This document shows positions 38,780-47,846 of a stretch of 64,000 nucleotides of DNA, piece after piece. A program made the translations under genes and the position numbers. The stretch is from NCBI GenBank assembly GCA_000991185.1, contig LBRB01000001.1, positions 4,080 to 68,079 on the forward strand, written 5' to 3'. This DNA comes from Berkelbacteria bacterium GW2011_GWA2_35_9 (GTDB lineage: Bacteria; Patescibacteriota; UBA1384; GWA2-35-9). The first letter of the stretch is position 1; every line of letters begins with the position of its first letter. Under the pieces are notes generated by a model. That model did no database searches. It was not told where the DNA came from and saw nothing but the letters and a program-made list of their open reading frames with translations.

Positions 38780-39483
38780 ACAAAATTGATAAAAAAGTAT
38801 TAATCGATAAGTTTTTAGATAAAGTATCGGTGAAATTTAAAAATAAAGATTTGATTCGACAGGCTTTTGTTCACCGTTCGTATTTAAACGAGAATCCAAA
38901 TTTTGACTTAGACCATAACGAAAGATTAGAATTTTTGGGTGACGCAGTCTTAGAACTAGTGGTTACAGAGCATCTTTATAGTAATTACCCTAATCCTGAA
39001 GGAGAATTAACTAACTGGCGATCAGCTTTAGTTAAAGGAGAAACACTTTCAAAAATTGCCAAAGAATTAAAAATGGAAGAATTGCTTTATCTGTCAAAAG
39101 GTGAATCGAACGGAACGCAACGAGCTAGAGATTTAATTTTAGCTAATGCTTTTGAAGCTTTAATAGGTGCAATTTATTTAGATCAAACTATTTTAGTTGC
39201 CGAACAATTTATTATTAAATATGTCATTATTCGATTACCTGAAATTTTGAAAGATAAAACATACCTTGATTCAAAAAGTCGACTTCAAGAATATGCTCAA
39301 GCTCAATATGGATACACGCCAGAATATAAAGTTATCAGTGAAACTGGACCGGATCATGATAAAGTTTTTATCGTAGAAGTATTCGTTGGTTCAAATGTGA
39401 TGGGCAAAGGTGAAGGATTATCCAAACAAGAAGCGCAACAAAACGCCGCATCAAATGCGGTCAAAAAATTAATAACTAAATAA
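38776..39483 (+). CDS. rnc: Ribonuclease III
   Basis: [30 protein letters not shown]-terminal dsRBD. Confidence 0.97.
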   Translation: MNKIDKKVLIDKFLDKVSVKFKNKDLIRQAFVHRSYLNENPNFDLDHNERLEFLGDAVLELVVTEHLYSNYPNPEGELTNWRSALVKGETLSKIAKELKMEELLYLSKGESNGTQRARDLILANAFEALIGAIYLDQTILVAEQFIIKYVIIRLPEILKDKTYLDSKSRLQEYAQAQYGYTPEYKVISETGPDHDKVFIVEVFVGSNVMGKGEGLSKQEAQQNAASNAVKKLITK

Positions 39484-39490
39484 TTTAGAT

Positions 39491-40204
39491 CTATTTATAA
39501 CAAAGTGGTTTAATCTTGTAATAATACTTGATTACATTTTTTATTTGATTTGAAAGTTCAACCGTTTCAATATTAAACCTTGGGTCTTTAGATAGATTTC
39601 GACTAAGATTATAGACTAATATTTTAGCTCTTAATCTTGTGATTAACAAAAAACGATTGCTTTTAAGTATTTCATGCGATTTGAATAAAAAACTTTTATA
39701 GAATTCGTCAATAGGTTTGATGTTATAATATTTAATAAAATCAGGACTGAACTCAGAAAGTTTTAGTGTTTCGATGTTGATATTAAATTGTTTGGCGAGT
39801 TGATTAATTTTAGAGAGATTTTCAGCGTTACCAATTAGAATTTGATATGCAAATGAAACAAAACCAATATCTTTTAAAGCGTTAAAGAATAGAGTTTTAA
39901 ATGATCTTTTTTTATAACCTCGAATTATAATTAAATATGTTGTTCGTTTAATATTTTTATCGATTAAGGATATCGGCAGTAACTTTTCATCCAACCATAC
40001 TTCTCCTTGGGCTGTAATTTTATAAATATTATTTTCGTATTTTACAAAGTTACTATTGATAAGCTTGGTCAAATTTGTTTTAACTATTCTTTTTGAGAAC
40101 GAAAAATATCTAATAATTTCATCGAATGAAACATTTTTCAAATCGTCGATTAAAATTAATAATTTCGTTGTAGTTGAAATATCTTCAATATTTTGCATAT
40201 GCAA
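39491..40204 (-). CDS. Winged-helix protein, PaaX-like transcriptional regulator
   Basis: N-terminal wHTH (RIVKTNLTKLINSNFV..YKITAQG); central LKDIGF resembles the PaaX middle domain. Confidence 0.5.
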   Translation of the reverse strand: MHMQNIEDISTTTKLLILIDDLKNVSFDEIIRYFSFSKRIVKTNLTKLINSNFVKYENNIYKITAQGEVWLDEKLLPISLIDKNIKRTTYLIIIRGYKKRSFKTLFFNALKDIGFVSFAYQILIGNAENLSKINQLAKQFNINIETLKLSEFSPDFIKYYNIKPIDEFYKSFLFKSHEILKSNRFLLITRLRAKILVYNLSRNLSKDPRFNIETVELSNQIKNVIKYYYKIKPLCYK

Positions 40205-40243
40205 CTAATATAACATACAAAATATATTATGCAATAATAAAAT

Positions 40244-41263
40244 TCAATAAAAGTACTTCAAATTATTGTAACCCCACTCCAACAAAGCTTTACACTCTTC
40301 AGCTGATGCAGTATTCGTGTTAGAAAAAGTATTTATAATAACTGCAATTAATATATGCCCATCTCTTTCTGCTGCCGAAACTAAATTGTGACCAGCAGTT
40401 GGAGTAAAACCAGTTTTACCGCCAATAATACCTGAAAAAAACATCTCTTCTTTAACTAAACGATTTGAATTTACAAGATGATGGTTTAATCCACTAACAG
40501 ATGTAATATCTTTTTCGGATGTTTTAATAATTGATTTAATTTTATCAAATCTTAAGGCGTATGAAAGTAATGTAGCGATATCATGGGCGCTCGATTTACC
40601 TTCATCGTTAAGACCGGCTGGATCTAAAAAATTAGTGTTATTCATGCGTAAATCTTTCGCTTTTGAATTCATTAATTCTACAAACTTTTCTTCCGACCCA
40701 GAAATATGTTCTGCTAAGACAATAGCGCTGTCATTGGCGGAATTAATCAAAAGTGCATTAAGCAGATCATCAATACTAATTTTTTCATCTATGGCTAAAC
40801 TAATAGTTGAACCGTTAGTGTAAACAGCATTTTTCGATACGGTCGCAATATCGTCAAGTTTTCCATTTTCCATTGTTAGAACAGCAGTCATTAATTTAGT
40901 TATTGAAGCAACTGGAACTGAAATATATTCATCTTTAGCTACAATTATTTCGGCGCTTTTTTGATCTACTAAAATATAATTTTTTGCGTTAATAATTGGC
41001 TTAGGAGTACCAGGAATAATGATTGGCGGTAAAACTAATTTATTTTTTAATTCGTCAATTTTAGATACATTCTCACTCTCACTCTTTACGCCTAAAACAT
41101 TACCATTATTGTTAGTATTATTTTTATTAGATATATAATTAGCTGATTTTTGAAATAAAAATAGTAACAAAAAAACGCCAACTGAAATGGCTGTTATTTT
41201 GTAAAAAAGTGTTTTTGGATCACTTTTTTCTTTTTCGATCTTGGGTGGTAATATGTAACTCAT
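40244..41263 (-). CDS. D-alanyl-D-alanine carboxypeptidase (peptidase S11)
   Basis: ASITK (SxxK), SAND (SxN), KTG; N-terminal TM. Confidence 0.93.
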   Translation of the reverse strand: MSYILPPKIEKEKSDPKTLFYKITAISVGVFLLLFLFQKSANYISNKNNTNNNGNVLGVKSESENVSKIDELKNKLVLPPIIIPGTPKPIINAKNYILVDQKSAEIIVAKDEYISVPVASITKLMTAVLTMENGKLDDIATVSKNAVYTNGSTISLAIDEKISIDDLLNALLINSANDSAIVLAEHISGSEEKFVELMNSKAKDLRMNNTNFLDPAGLNDEGKSSAHDIATLLSYALRFDKIKSIIKTSEKDITSVSGLNHHLVNSNRLVKEEMFFSGIIGGKTGFTPTAGHNLVSAAERDGHILIAVIINTFSNTNTASAEECKALLEWGYNNLKYFY

Positions 41264-42617
41264 CTAACTGTTTTTTATCAACTCGACATGGCGAATCCAT
41301 CAACGGGTCTCTCCCATCACCTGTTTTAGGGAATGGTATAACTTCTCTGATATTATTTTCATTATTTAAAACCATTAACAATCGATCATATCCAATTGCA
41401 ATCCCCCCGTGTGGCGGTACTCCAAATTTAAAAGCTTTTAATAAATGTCCAAATTTTTCTTCTATATCAGCTTGACTATGATCTAAAAATTCAAAAACTC
41501 GTTTTAAAACAGCAACATCATGAGTTCTGATACTACCTCCAGCAACTTCATTACCGTTGATAACTAAGTCATACTGTTGAGCGATAACTTTTTCAGGATC
41601 TTGTTTTTCAAAATCTTCCACAAACTCTTTTTTAATGGCAGTAAAGGGATGATGAGATGGACCAAAACTGCCATCTTCTTTCTTTTCAAACATTGGGAAA
41701 TCAACTACCCAACAAATTGCTAACTCGTTTTTATCATTTTTATTTTTTCGCAAATCAGGACGATCGGTCTGATATTTTTCCATAGCTTCTTTATGAGTTA
41801 AACGAGGAATAGGGGTTAAAGTCAAATATTTTTCTGGATAAATAGTTTTGATTAGTTCTAAAACTAGATTTTCTGTTAATTTAATTATGTTCTTTTCATC
41901 AACAAAACTAGCTTCAATATCAACTTGAGTAAATTCCGGTTGCCGATCCCCTCTTTGATCTTCATCCCGGAAATTTCTAACAATTTGAAAATATTTTTCT
42001 ATTCCGGCAATTTGCAAAAGTTGTTTATATTGTTGTGGTGATTGAGGTAAAGCGTAAAACATACCAGCTTGATTTCTGCTGGGCACCAAGAAATCTCTCG
42101 CACCTTCAGGAGTCGATTTAGTTAAGAGTGGTGTTTCAATCTCCAAATAACCTTTTTTAGATAAATAATTTCTGATAAATTGATTCGATTTATGTCGGTT
42201 AATAAGGTTTTGCTTCATTCTTTTAGTGCGTAGATCGAGGTAGCGGTATTTTAAACGAGTTTCTTCTAAAACTCCTGAAGTATCGTCTAATTCAAATGGT
42301 AGCTTATCGCAAGGACTGATAACTTCAAGTTTTTCAGATTGAATCTCAACATCGCCCGAAATAATATTTTTATTAACTAAATTTTCTGGTCTTTTAACCA
42401 CCTCACCGGTAACTGAAACGACACTTTCAATTGAAACTTTTTCCGCTTTTTCATAATCATTATTGCCAGGTAAAATTACCACCTGAACAATTCCATAACG
42501 ATCACGAATATCCAAGAAAGTAATCTTGCCGTGGTTTCGTTTTGAATTTACCCAACCAAAAACAGTTACTTTCTCACCAACTAGACCATTTAAATTTTTT
42601 GTTAAAACTCTATTCAT
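41220..42617 (-). CDS. aspS: Aspartate--tRNA ligase, short form without GAD insert
   Basis: RLKYRYLDLR, TPEGARDF, LPQSPQ, RQPEFTQ, PPHGGIA.G.DR. Confidence 0.96.
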   Translation of the reverse strand: MNRVLTKNLNGLVGEKVTVFGWVNSKRNHGKITFLDIRDRYGIVQVVILPGNNDYEKAEKVSIESVVSVTGEVVKRPENLVNKNIISGDVEIQSEKLEVISPCDKLPFELDDTSGVLEETRLKYRYLDLRTKRMKQNLINRHKSNQFIRNYLSKKGYLEIETPLLTKSTPEGARDFLVPSRNQAGMFYALPQSPQQYKQLLQIAGIEKYFQIVRNFRDEDQRGDRQPEFTQVDIEASFVDEKNIIKLTENLVLELIKTIYPEKYLTLTPIPRLTHKEAMEKYQTDRPDLRKNKNDKNELAICWVVDFPMFEKKEDGSFGPSHHPFTAIKKEFVEDFEKQDPEKVIAQQYDLVINGNEVAGGSIRTHDVAVLKRVFEFLDHSQADIEEKFGHLLKAFKFGVPPHGGIAIGYDRLLMVLNNENNIREVIPFPKTGDGRDPLMDSPCRVDKKQLDELHITTQDRKRKK

Positions 42618-42630
42618 TTACCTTGTTATT

Positions 42631-43230
42631 TTATAGGAAATTTAGTTTTTTGTAAACATCTCGAGTCACCTCAACATCCTTTTGACAATATTTGTATACC
42701 AGTTCATGTTTGTTTTTCAAATAATAATCATAAACTTCACTCCCTTTCATTATTTCCTTAGAAGAAGTGATACCAAAAATCTTGGCTAATCGATCTAAAC
42801 TCGTTAAGTTACTTGACCATTTATTCCATTCTCGCATTGTGTCGTAGATTGGATCATTTCTATACCGAGCAAAAAACAGATTTTGGGTTGGTTTAACATT
42901 ATGAATAATTGATCTTTTGTAAATAAACGGCAGATCGAATTCCATTATGTTGTGACCAATAAAAATATTCGCTGGCTGAGCGATTTGCCAAAATTTAGTT
43001 AAAATATCTTTTTCGTCACCACTCAAAACTTCAACGTTATCATCATTAATTGCATATGCAATACAATAAATTTTGCCAAAATCGCCATTAAACGAGGTGT
43101 TTCGATGGTACTCTTCGAAAGTTTGTTTTTTAATATTTTTATCTCTGGTCAAATCTTCATAAGTAGTTTTAACTAAATCCAATACTTTTCCATCTGCGGG
43201 TAATGTTTCGATGTCTAAATATATTTTCAT
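42631..43230 (-). CDS. DEDDy 3'-5' exonuclease related to the PolB exonuclease domain
   Basis: LDIET, GHNIMEFDLPFI, YCQKDV. Confidence 0.85.
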   Translation of the reverse strand: MKIYLDIETLPADGKVLDLVKTTYEDLTRDKNIKKQTFEEYHRNTSFNGDFGKIYCIAYAINDDNVEVLSGDEKDILTKFWQIAQPANIFIGHNIMEFDLPFIYKRSIIHNVKPTQNLFFARYRNDPIYDTMREWNKWSSNLTSLDRLAKIFGITSSKEIMKGSEVYDYYLKNKHELVYKYCQKDVEVTRDVYKKLNFL

Positions 43231-45074
43231 CTTATTATTGCCTCAAAATTATTTTTTAGCATAATTAAAGTTTTTTGATACGCATCATTGATTTTATTGA
43301 TATCTTGAATATCAAATATTAAATGAAAAGCGTAACTGATTTTATTTTCTCCGAAATTTTTATTTTCAAATTTGTCAAAAAGATCAATGTCAAATATCGC
43401 TTGAATATTTGAATGAAGAGTGTATTTAATCTTTTCAAAATAAATATTCTTATTCACAACGATTGAAATGTCGAGAATGGTTGGATGAAATTTTGAAAAA
43501 GATTTAAATTTAATCGGTTTTAATTCCAATTCAGATAGTGTAATTTTATTTTTTAATTTAAATAAATCAAAAGCTTTATCAAGGGGTGTTTCGTAAACGA
43601 AAAGTGATTTGCGAATTTTAAAAATTGAGTAGTTTTTATCATGAGGAGAAATTTTTATTTCGCCATCAATATTTAATTTTTGATGAGATAAAATTGCCAG
43701 ATTTTCAATTTCATTGTCTTGATAAAAAACATTTCCAATTTCAAATAATTTTATATTTGAATACCAAGGATTTTTTGAGGCAGTCTTAATTAAAAGTGGT
43801 ACCAAAGAATTTCTTAACGATTGATGTTCGTTGGACAACGGGTTTTTAATAGTGACAAGTTGATTGTCGTTCTGATTAAAAATTTTAGTTTCATTTTCTG
43901 AGAGAAAAGAATACGTCGAGACTTCATTAAAACCTAAATCAGTTAAGCTTTTTTTTAATTGATATTTTTTCCAATATTGATCGTTATCAACTATTTCAGT
44001 TGGTTTGTCGATGACTTTAACTTTTAAATTATTATAACCATAGACTCGGGCAATTTCTTCAGCTAGATCTTGCCAAATAGTGATGTCTTTTCGATAGCTT
44101 GGTGGGACAACTTCATCATCGGTAATTTGACAACCCACTGATTGAAGGGCATTATTACAGAATTGTTTATCAAAATTTGTTCCAATTAATTGAGAAACTT
44201 TTTTGTAATCAAGTTTTATTTTTGATTTCGCAGACAAATTAATATCTTGATAAAATAATTCTTCTACTCTCCCCCATTTATTTTCTTCAATAATTTGTTT
44301 AAATTTTGCAAGGGTAATTTTAGTCAAATTTTCATCAACACCTCGTTCATATCGGTAGGAAGCGGGTGTGGTAATTTTGCTAGATTTTGAAGCTAAGCGA
44401 ATGATATCTGGATTAAATATGGATGTTTGAACAAAAATATTTTTAGTTTTATCGGTAGTGGCGCTATTTTTACCACCCATAACGCCGATTAAGTCAACAA
44501 TTTTATTGCCTGATTCATAGATTAACAAATCTTGCTTAAGTTCAATTGAGCTATTGTCGAGTAAAACTATTTTTTCTTTTTCTTGGCTTTTTCTTAATTT
44601 TAATTGGTATTTAATTGAATCAAGATCAAACGAATGGAGTGGTTGACCAGTCTCGAGCATTAAATAATTAGTCAAATCAACAAAATTATTAATTGGTTTT
44701 AAACCACAGGCAATTATTCTTTTTTGAATATATTCTGGGGAAGCAGTAATCTTAATATCTTTTACTACCAAACCAGCAAAATTAATAACCTCATCTTTAG
44801 CCTCAATGTCGAAATTAATTAATTTAGAAGTTGTCTGAAATTTTGGCAGACTATTATTTTTTGATTTAATCTGGCTTGGAAATTTAATCGCTAATTCACG
44901 AGCTATGCCGATGATGGATAACATATCAGCACGATTGGGGGTAACTTCGATTTCGACAAATTCATTGTTGATATTTTCAACCTCGAAACCAAGTTCGCTA
45001 AAAGCAGTTTCAATCATATTTAGATCGTTAGGAAAATCAACAAATTCATTTAACCAATCGAATGGTGCAAGCAT
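43227..45074 (-). CDS. pheT: Phenylalanine--tRNA ligase beta subunit (lacks the B2 OB domain)
   Basis: TPNRAD, INNFVDLTNY..GQPLH.FD, YRYERG, DLAEEIARVYGY. Confidence 0.93.
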   Translation of the reverse strand: MLAPFDWLNEFVDFPNDLNMIETAFSELGFEVENINNEFVEIEVTPNRADMLSIIGIARELAIKFPSQIKSKNNSLPKFQTTSKLINFDIEAKDEVINFAGLVVKDIKITASPEYIQKRIIACGLKPINNFVDLTNYLMLETGQPLHSFDLDSIKYQLKLRKSQEKEKIVLLDNSSIELKQDLLIYESGNKIVDLIGVMGGKNSATTDKTKNIFVQTSIFNPDIIRLASKSSKITTPASYRYERGVDENLTKITLAKFKQIIEENKWGRVEELFYQDINLSAKSKIKLDYKKVSQLIGTNFDKQFCNNALQSVGCQITDDEVVPPSYRKDITIWQDLAEEIARVYGYNNLKVKVIDKPTEIVDNDQYWKKYQLKKSLTDLGFNEVSTYSFLSENETKIFNQNDNQLVTIKNPLSNEHQSLRNSLVPLLIKTASKNPWYSNIKLFEIGNVFYQDNEIENLAILSHQKLNIDGEIKISPHDKNYSIFKIRKSLFVYETPLDKAFDLFKLKNKITLSELELKPIKFKSFSKFHPTILDISIVVNKNIYFEKIKYTLHSNIQAIFDIDLFDKFENKNFGENKISYAFHLIFDIQDINKINDAYQKTLIMLKNNFEAIIR

Positions 45075-45078
45075 AATT

Positions 45079-45759
45079 TTATTTAAATTGTTTTATAAAT
45101 CGAATATCGTTTTGATACGGCAAGCGGATATCTTTAATACCATAATACAACATCATTAAACGATTTATTCCCATACCAAAAGCAAAACCTTGAAATATTT
45201 TCGGATCAATATGCATATTTTTTAAAACCTCTGGATGGATCATACCACTCCCCATCACTTCAAGCCATTTGTTTTCAAAAAATATATCAAAGTCCATACC
45301 CGGCTCAACAAAAGGATAGTAATGAGGACGAGTTCTAACCTTGATTGAACCTCCATAGATTTTTTTAAGTATATATTCAATCGTGCCTTTTAAATCAGCC
45401 AGTGTAATATTTTTATCAATTGCAAAACCTTCAAATTGATCAAAAACTGCTTCGTGAGTAGCATCGGTTTTTTCATTTCTATAAACTCGACCGGGAATAA
45501 CGATTCGAGCTGGTGGTTGGCGATTTTCCATAGAACGGACTTGACCAGCTGATGTTTGGGTGCGTAAAACTTTTTTATCGCTTAACCAAAAAGTGTCTTG
45601 CTCATCTCGTGCCGGATGATTAGCTGGAACTAATAACGAATCAAAATTATACCACTCGCTTTCGATTTCTGGTGTTTCAACCACCTCAAAACCTAGCTCC
45701 TCAAAAAGCTTGACTAAATAGCTAGTGAATTGGGTAATTGGGTGAAGTGTGCCTTGCAT
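45079..45759 (-). CDS. pheS: Phenylalanine--tRNA ligase alpha subunit (no N-terminal coiled coil)
   Basis: HPARDEQDTF, LRTQTS, YPFVEP, GFAFGMG. Confidence 0.96.
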   Translation of the reverse strand: MQGTLHPITQFTSYLVKLFEELGFEVVETPEIESEWYNFDSLLVPANHPARDEQDTFWLSDKKVLRTQTSAGQVRSMENRQPPARIVIPGRVYRNEKTDATHEAVFDQFEGFAIDKNITLADLKGTIEYILKKIYGGSIKVRTRPHYYPFVEPGMDFDIFFENKWLEVMGSGMIHPEVLKNMHIDPKIFQGFAFGMGINRLMMLYYGIKDIRLPYQNDIRFIKQFK

Positions 45760-45761
45760 AA

Positions 45762-46145
45762 TTAATTATTTAAAATTGCTTTGATAAAAAATTCTAACAA
45801 AATTGCAATAAAAATCAAAATACATGCTTGAAGTGTATTTAGAACATTTAATGAATTTAAGCCGAGCAAACTGACAATCAGAACCGATAAAATTGTTGCT
45901 TGGCGAATACTGATAGAAATATTAGTATTGATGCTATTTTTTGAAAAAAGATTAATTCGAACGAATATCATAATCATTGTTAATATCCCAGATAACCAAA
46001 AAAACAGAGTGCCAAAAAAACTTAATATTGCCAGTATGTCACCTGAAAATGGATCAAAGTTATAGAGAATATAGATCCAAATTGCAAATGCAACAAGTGT
46101 TGAAGAAAAAATTGAGAATAGATTATATTTAATTCTTTCTGTCAT
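45762..46145 (-). CDS. Hypothetical 4-TM membrane protein
   Basis: Four hydrophobic segments; sits between rbfA and pheS in the same orientation. Confidence 0.75.
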   Translation of the reverse strand: MTERIKYNLFSIFSSTLVAFAIWIYILYNFDPFSGDILAILSFFGTLFFWLSGILTMIMIFVRINLFSKNSINTNISISIRQATILSVLIVSLLGLNSLNVLNTLQACILIFIAILLEFFIKAILNN

Positions 46146-46458
46146 CGGTAGTATTTAACATTTTATCAATATTTTCAGTTGAATTATCAACCACAAATTC
46201 TAAAATTGGAGTAAACTTGAGTGGCACTTTATCGGCAATAATGCGTTGAAAATGAGATTTATTTTTATTCAATTTATCAACATAATCTTCGACATTAATT
46301 AAGGAATTGATATAGACTTTTGCGTGACGAAAATCTTTATCTGCATCAACGCCGGTAACCGTAACCAAACTATTGTCATTACTAAAATATTCTAGCATTT
46401 CCAACGCTAGCTGTTTCTGCATTTCACTATTAACCCGATCAATCCGATTTGAATTCAT
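46129..46458 (-). CDS. rbfA: Ribosome-binding factor A
   Basis: RIDRVNSE, VTVTGV..DFRHAKVY, LKFTPILEFVVD. Confidence 0.9.
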   Translation of the reverse strand: MNSNRIDRVNSEMQKQLALEMLEYFSNDNSLVTVTGVDADKDFRHAKVYINSLINVEDYVDKLNKNKSHFQRIIADKVPLKFTPILEFVVDNSTENIDKMLNTTDDRKN

Positions 46459-46495
46459 TACTCATATAATATCAGATAATCCTCAATTTTAAAAT

Positions 46496-46531
46496 ACACC
46501 TCGGAGGTGGCGAGAGACTCCTGCGAGGTGT
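46496..46531. repeat. GC-rich REP-like palindrome at the left edge of the accessory island
   Basis: acacctcg...cgaggtgt outer arms; internal cacctc-g-gaggtg. Confidence 0.55.
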
Positions 46532-46579
46532 GAACACGGTTCCTTGAATTATTCCAAGATAAAGCGTATTATTTAATCT

Positions 46580-47197
46580 ATGGTAAAACAAAATACGAAT
46601 ACTCAAAAAGAATTAAAAGTTCCATTCAATTTTAAGGTTCGTAACAAAGGTTGTGCTCTTGCGTGTGTTGAAATGATAATGAGTTATTATCATCAAAATA
46701 TTGATGTAGATAAAATTTACAAATCTCTTGCAATGAGCAATGACGGTTTAGATTTATTTGAAGTTGCATCTGAACTATCTCGCATAGGATATCAAATTAA
46801 TGGTGGGTTTACTGATGAAGATATTACCTTTGGAGTAAAAAATCATGTTGAATTAATAAATGATAAAATTTTAAAAAAAATTGATAAAAATCTAGTTGAA
46901 GCATATAAAGGTATTTTGATGACAATGGATAAAAATAAAAATATAAAAATTCATAGACTAGTGCTTAGAGATATTAAAGAATCAATAGATAAAAACGAGC
47001 CTATCATAATAAATTTACTATCGAAAGGAAAAAACGAATTTATGCATTCGGTCTGTGTGATTGGGTATAATGAAAACGATATTGTGATTCTTAATCCACC
47101 CAAGATTGGAAAAGAGTATATACAGATGGAAACATTTTTTAATCTTCACCAAGAATCAGGTGGTTATTATTTTTCAATAAAGAGACGGAGCATCTGA
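46580..47197 (+). CDS. C39-like (papain-fold) cysteine peptidase
   Basis: GCALACVEMIMSYY, PIII, HSVCVIGY, ILNP (Cys-His-Asn triad). Confidence 0.8.
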   Translation: MVKQNTNTQKELKVPFNFKVRNKGCALACVEMIMSYYHQNIDVDKIYKSLAMSNDGLDLFEVASELSRIGYQINGGFTDEDITFGVKNHVELINDKILKKIDKNLVEAYKGILMTMDKNKNIKIHRLVLRDIKESIDKNEPIIINLLSKGKNEFMHSVCVIGYNENDIVILNPPKIGKEYIQMETFFNLHQESGGYYFSIKRRSI

Positions 47198-47209
47198 CGA
47201 TGCTCCGTT
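47184..47209. terminator. Hairpin between convergent peptidase and micropeptide genes
   Basis: acggagcatc-tgac-gatgctccgt, 10-bp perfect stem. Confidence 0.6.
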
Positions 47210-47227
47210 AATATTGGGTGTTCTCGG

Positions 47228-47410
47228 TCACATGTTCCACCAGCCTTTGCTCGATCCCGATTTTCCAGTACTAGAGCTTGACTTTTTTGTGGATGATGAA
47301 GTATTCGCTTGCTTGGTTTTGGCGTTTGTGCCAAAATTTCTGCTATCTTTCATCCCACTTGACCGAACCTTAGGTCGAGGAGATCCACCAGAACCCTTGG
47401 TTTTACTCAT
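47228..47410 (-). CDS. 60-aa basic Ser/Lys/Gly-rich micropeptide
   Basis: AAGGAGGTG SD before ATG 47410; upstream TTGACA-N17-GATAAT; ends GWWNM*. Confidence 0.7.
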   Translation of the reverse strand: MSKTKGSGGSPRPKVRSSGMKDSRNFGTNAKTKQANTSSSTKKSSSSTGKSGSSKGWWNM

Positions 47411-47485
47411 GGTTTTCACCTCCTTGATATCCAAATGAGCATATTATCACATATTGAATATTAAATGTCAATAGAAAAAACTAAT

Positions 47486-47568
47486 AAAACAAAACCCTGC
47501 ACGCTATTTTCGAGGAACCATACGGAGCCCCACATGCAAGGATTTACTTGTAATCACTTTCGTGATCA
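47486..47568 (-). ncRNA. Candidate small structured RNA
   Basis: TTGACA(47603-598)-N18-TACAAT promoter; gatcac-GAAA-gtgatt hairpin; ccttgcatgt/gcgtgcaggg stem with G-U pairs; U-rich end. Confidence 0.5.
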
Positions 47569-47689
47569 ATATAATTGTATAGTAAGTGGTCAACTTATGT
47601 CAATAGCAAATACTTAAAAAGACAATATCCCCATACCCCAATTTGTCAATATATGTCATTATTGTCACAGTTGTTAGTTTATGTTTATT

Positions 47690-47724
47690 TTACTCCTTAC
47701 TCCTCACTTTTTACTCCTTACTCC
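47690..47724. repeat. Heptamer array (TTACTCC)x5
   Basis: ttactcc ttactcc tcacttt ttactcc ttactcc. Confidence 0.85.
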
Positions 47725-47762
47725 TTCCCCTCGACAACAGACAGGTAAAGGGTAGGATACCT

Positions 47763-47837
47763 CAAAACCGTGAAAATGTAGTATATTTTTGTGTTTTTCA
47801 CGGTTTTGTTGACAAAAACATAAAATACTGCTATAAT
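47763..47837 (+). promoter_or_regulatory. Consensus sigma70 promoter of fic with an abutting 14-bp inverted repeat
   Basis: caaaaccgtgaaaa/ttttcacggttttg, then TTGACA-N17-TATAAT; ATG 9 nt after the -10. Confidence 0.75.
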
Positions 47838-47846
47838 ATAGTCAAT

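Noticed and set aside
47214-47438. 74-aa plus-strand ORF
   Set aside because: Antisense shadow of the micropeptide, which has the SD and promoter
47643-47846. 68-aa N-terminal extension of Fic in the ORF track
   Set aside because: It runs through the heptamer array, operator and consensus promoter; ATG 47847 is the better start
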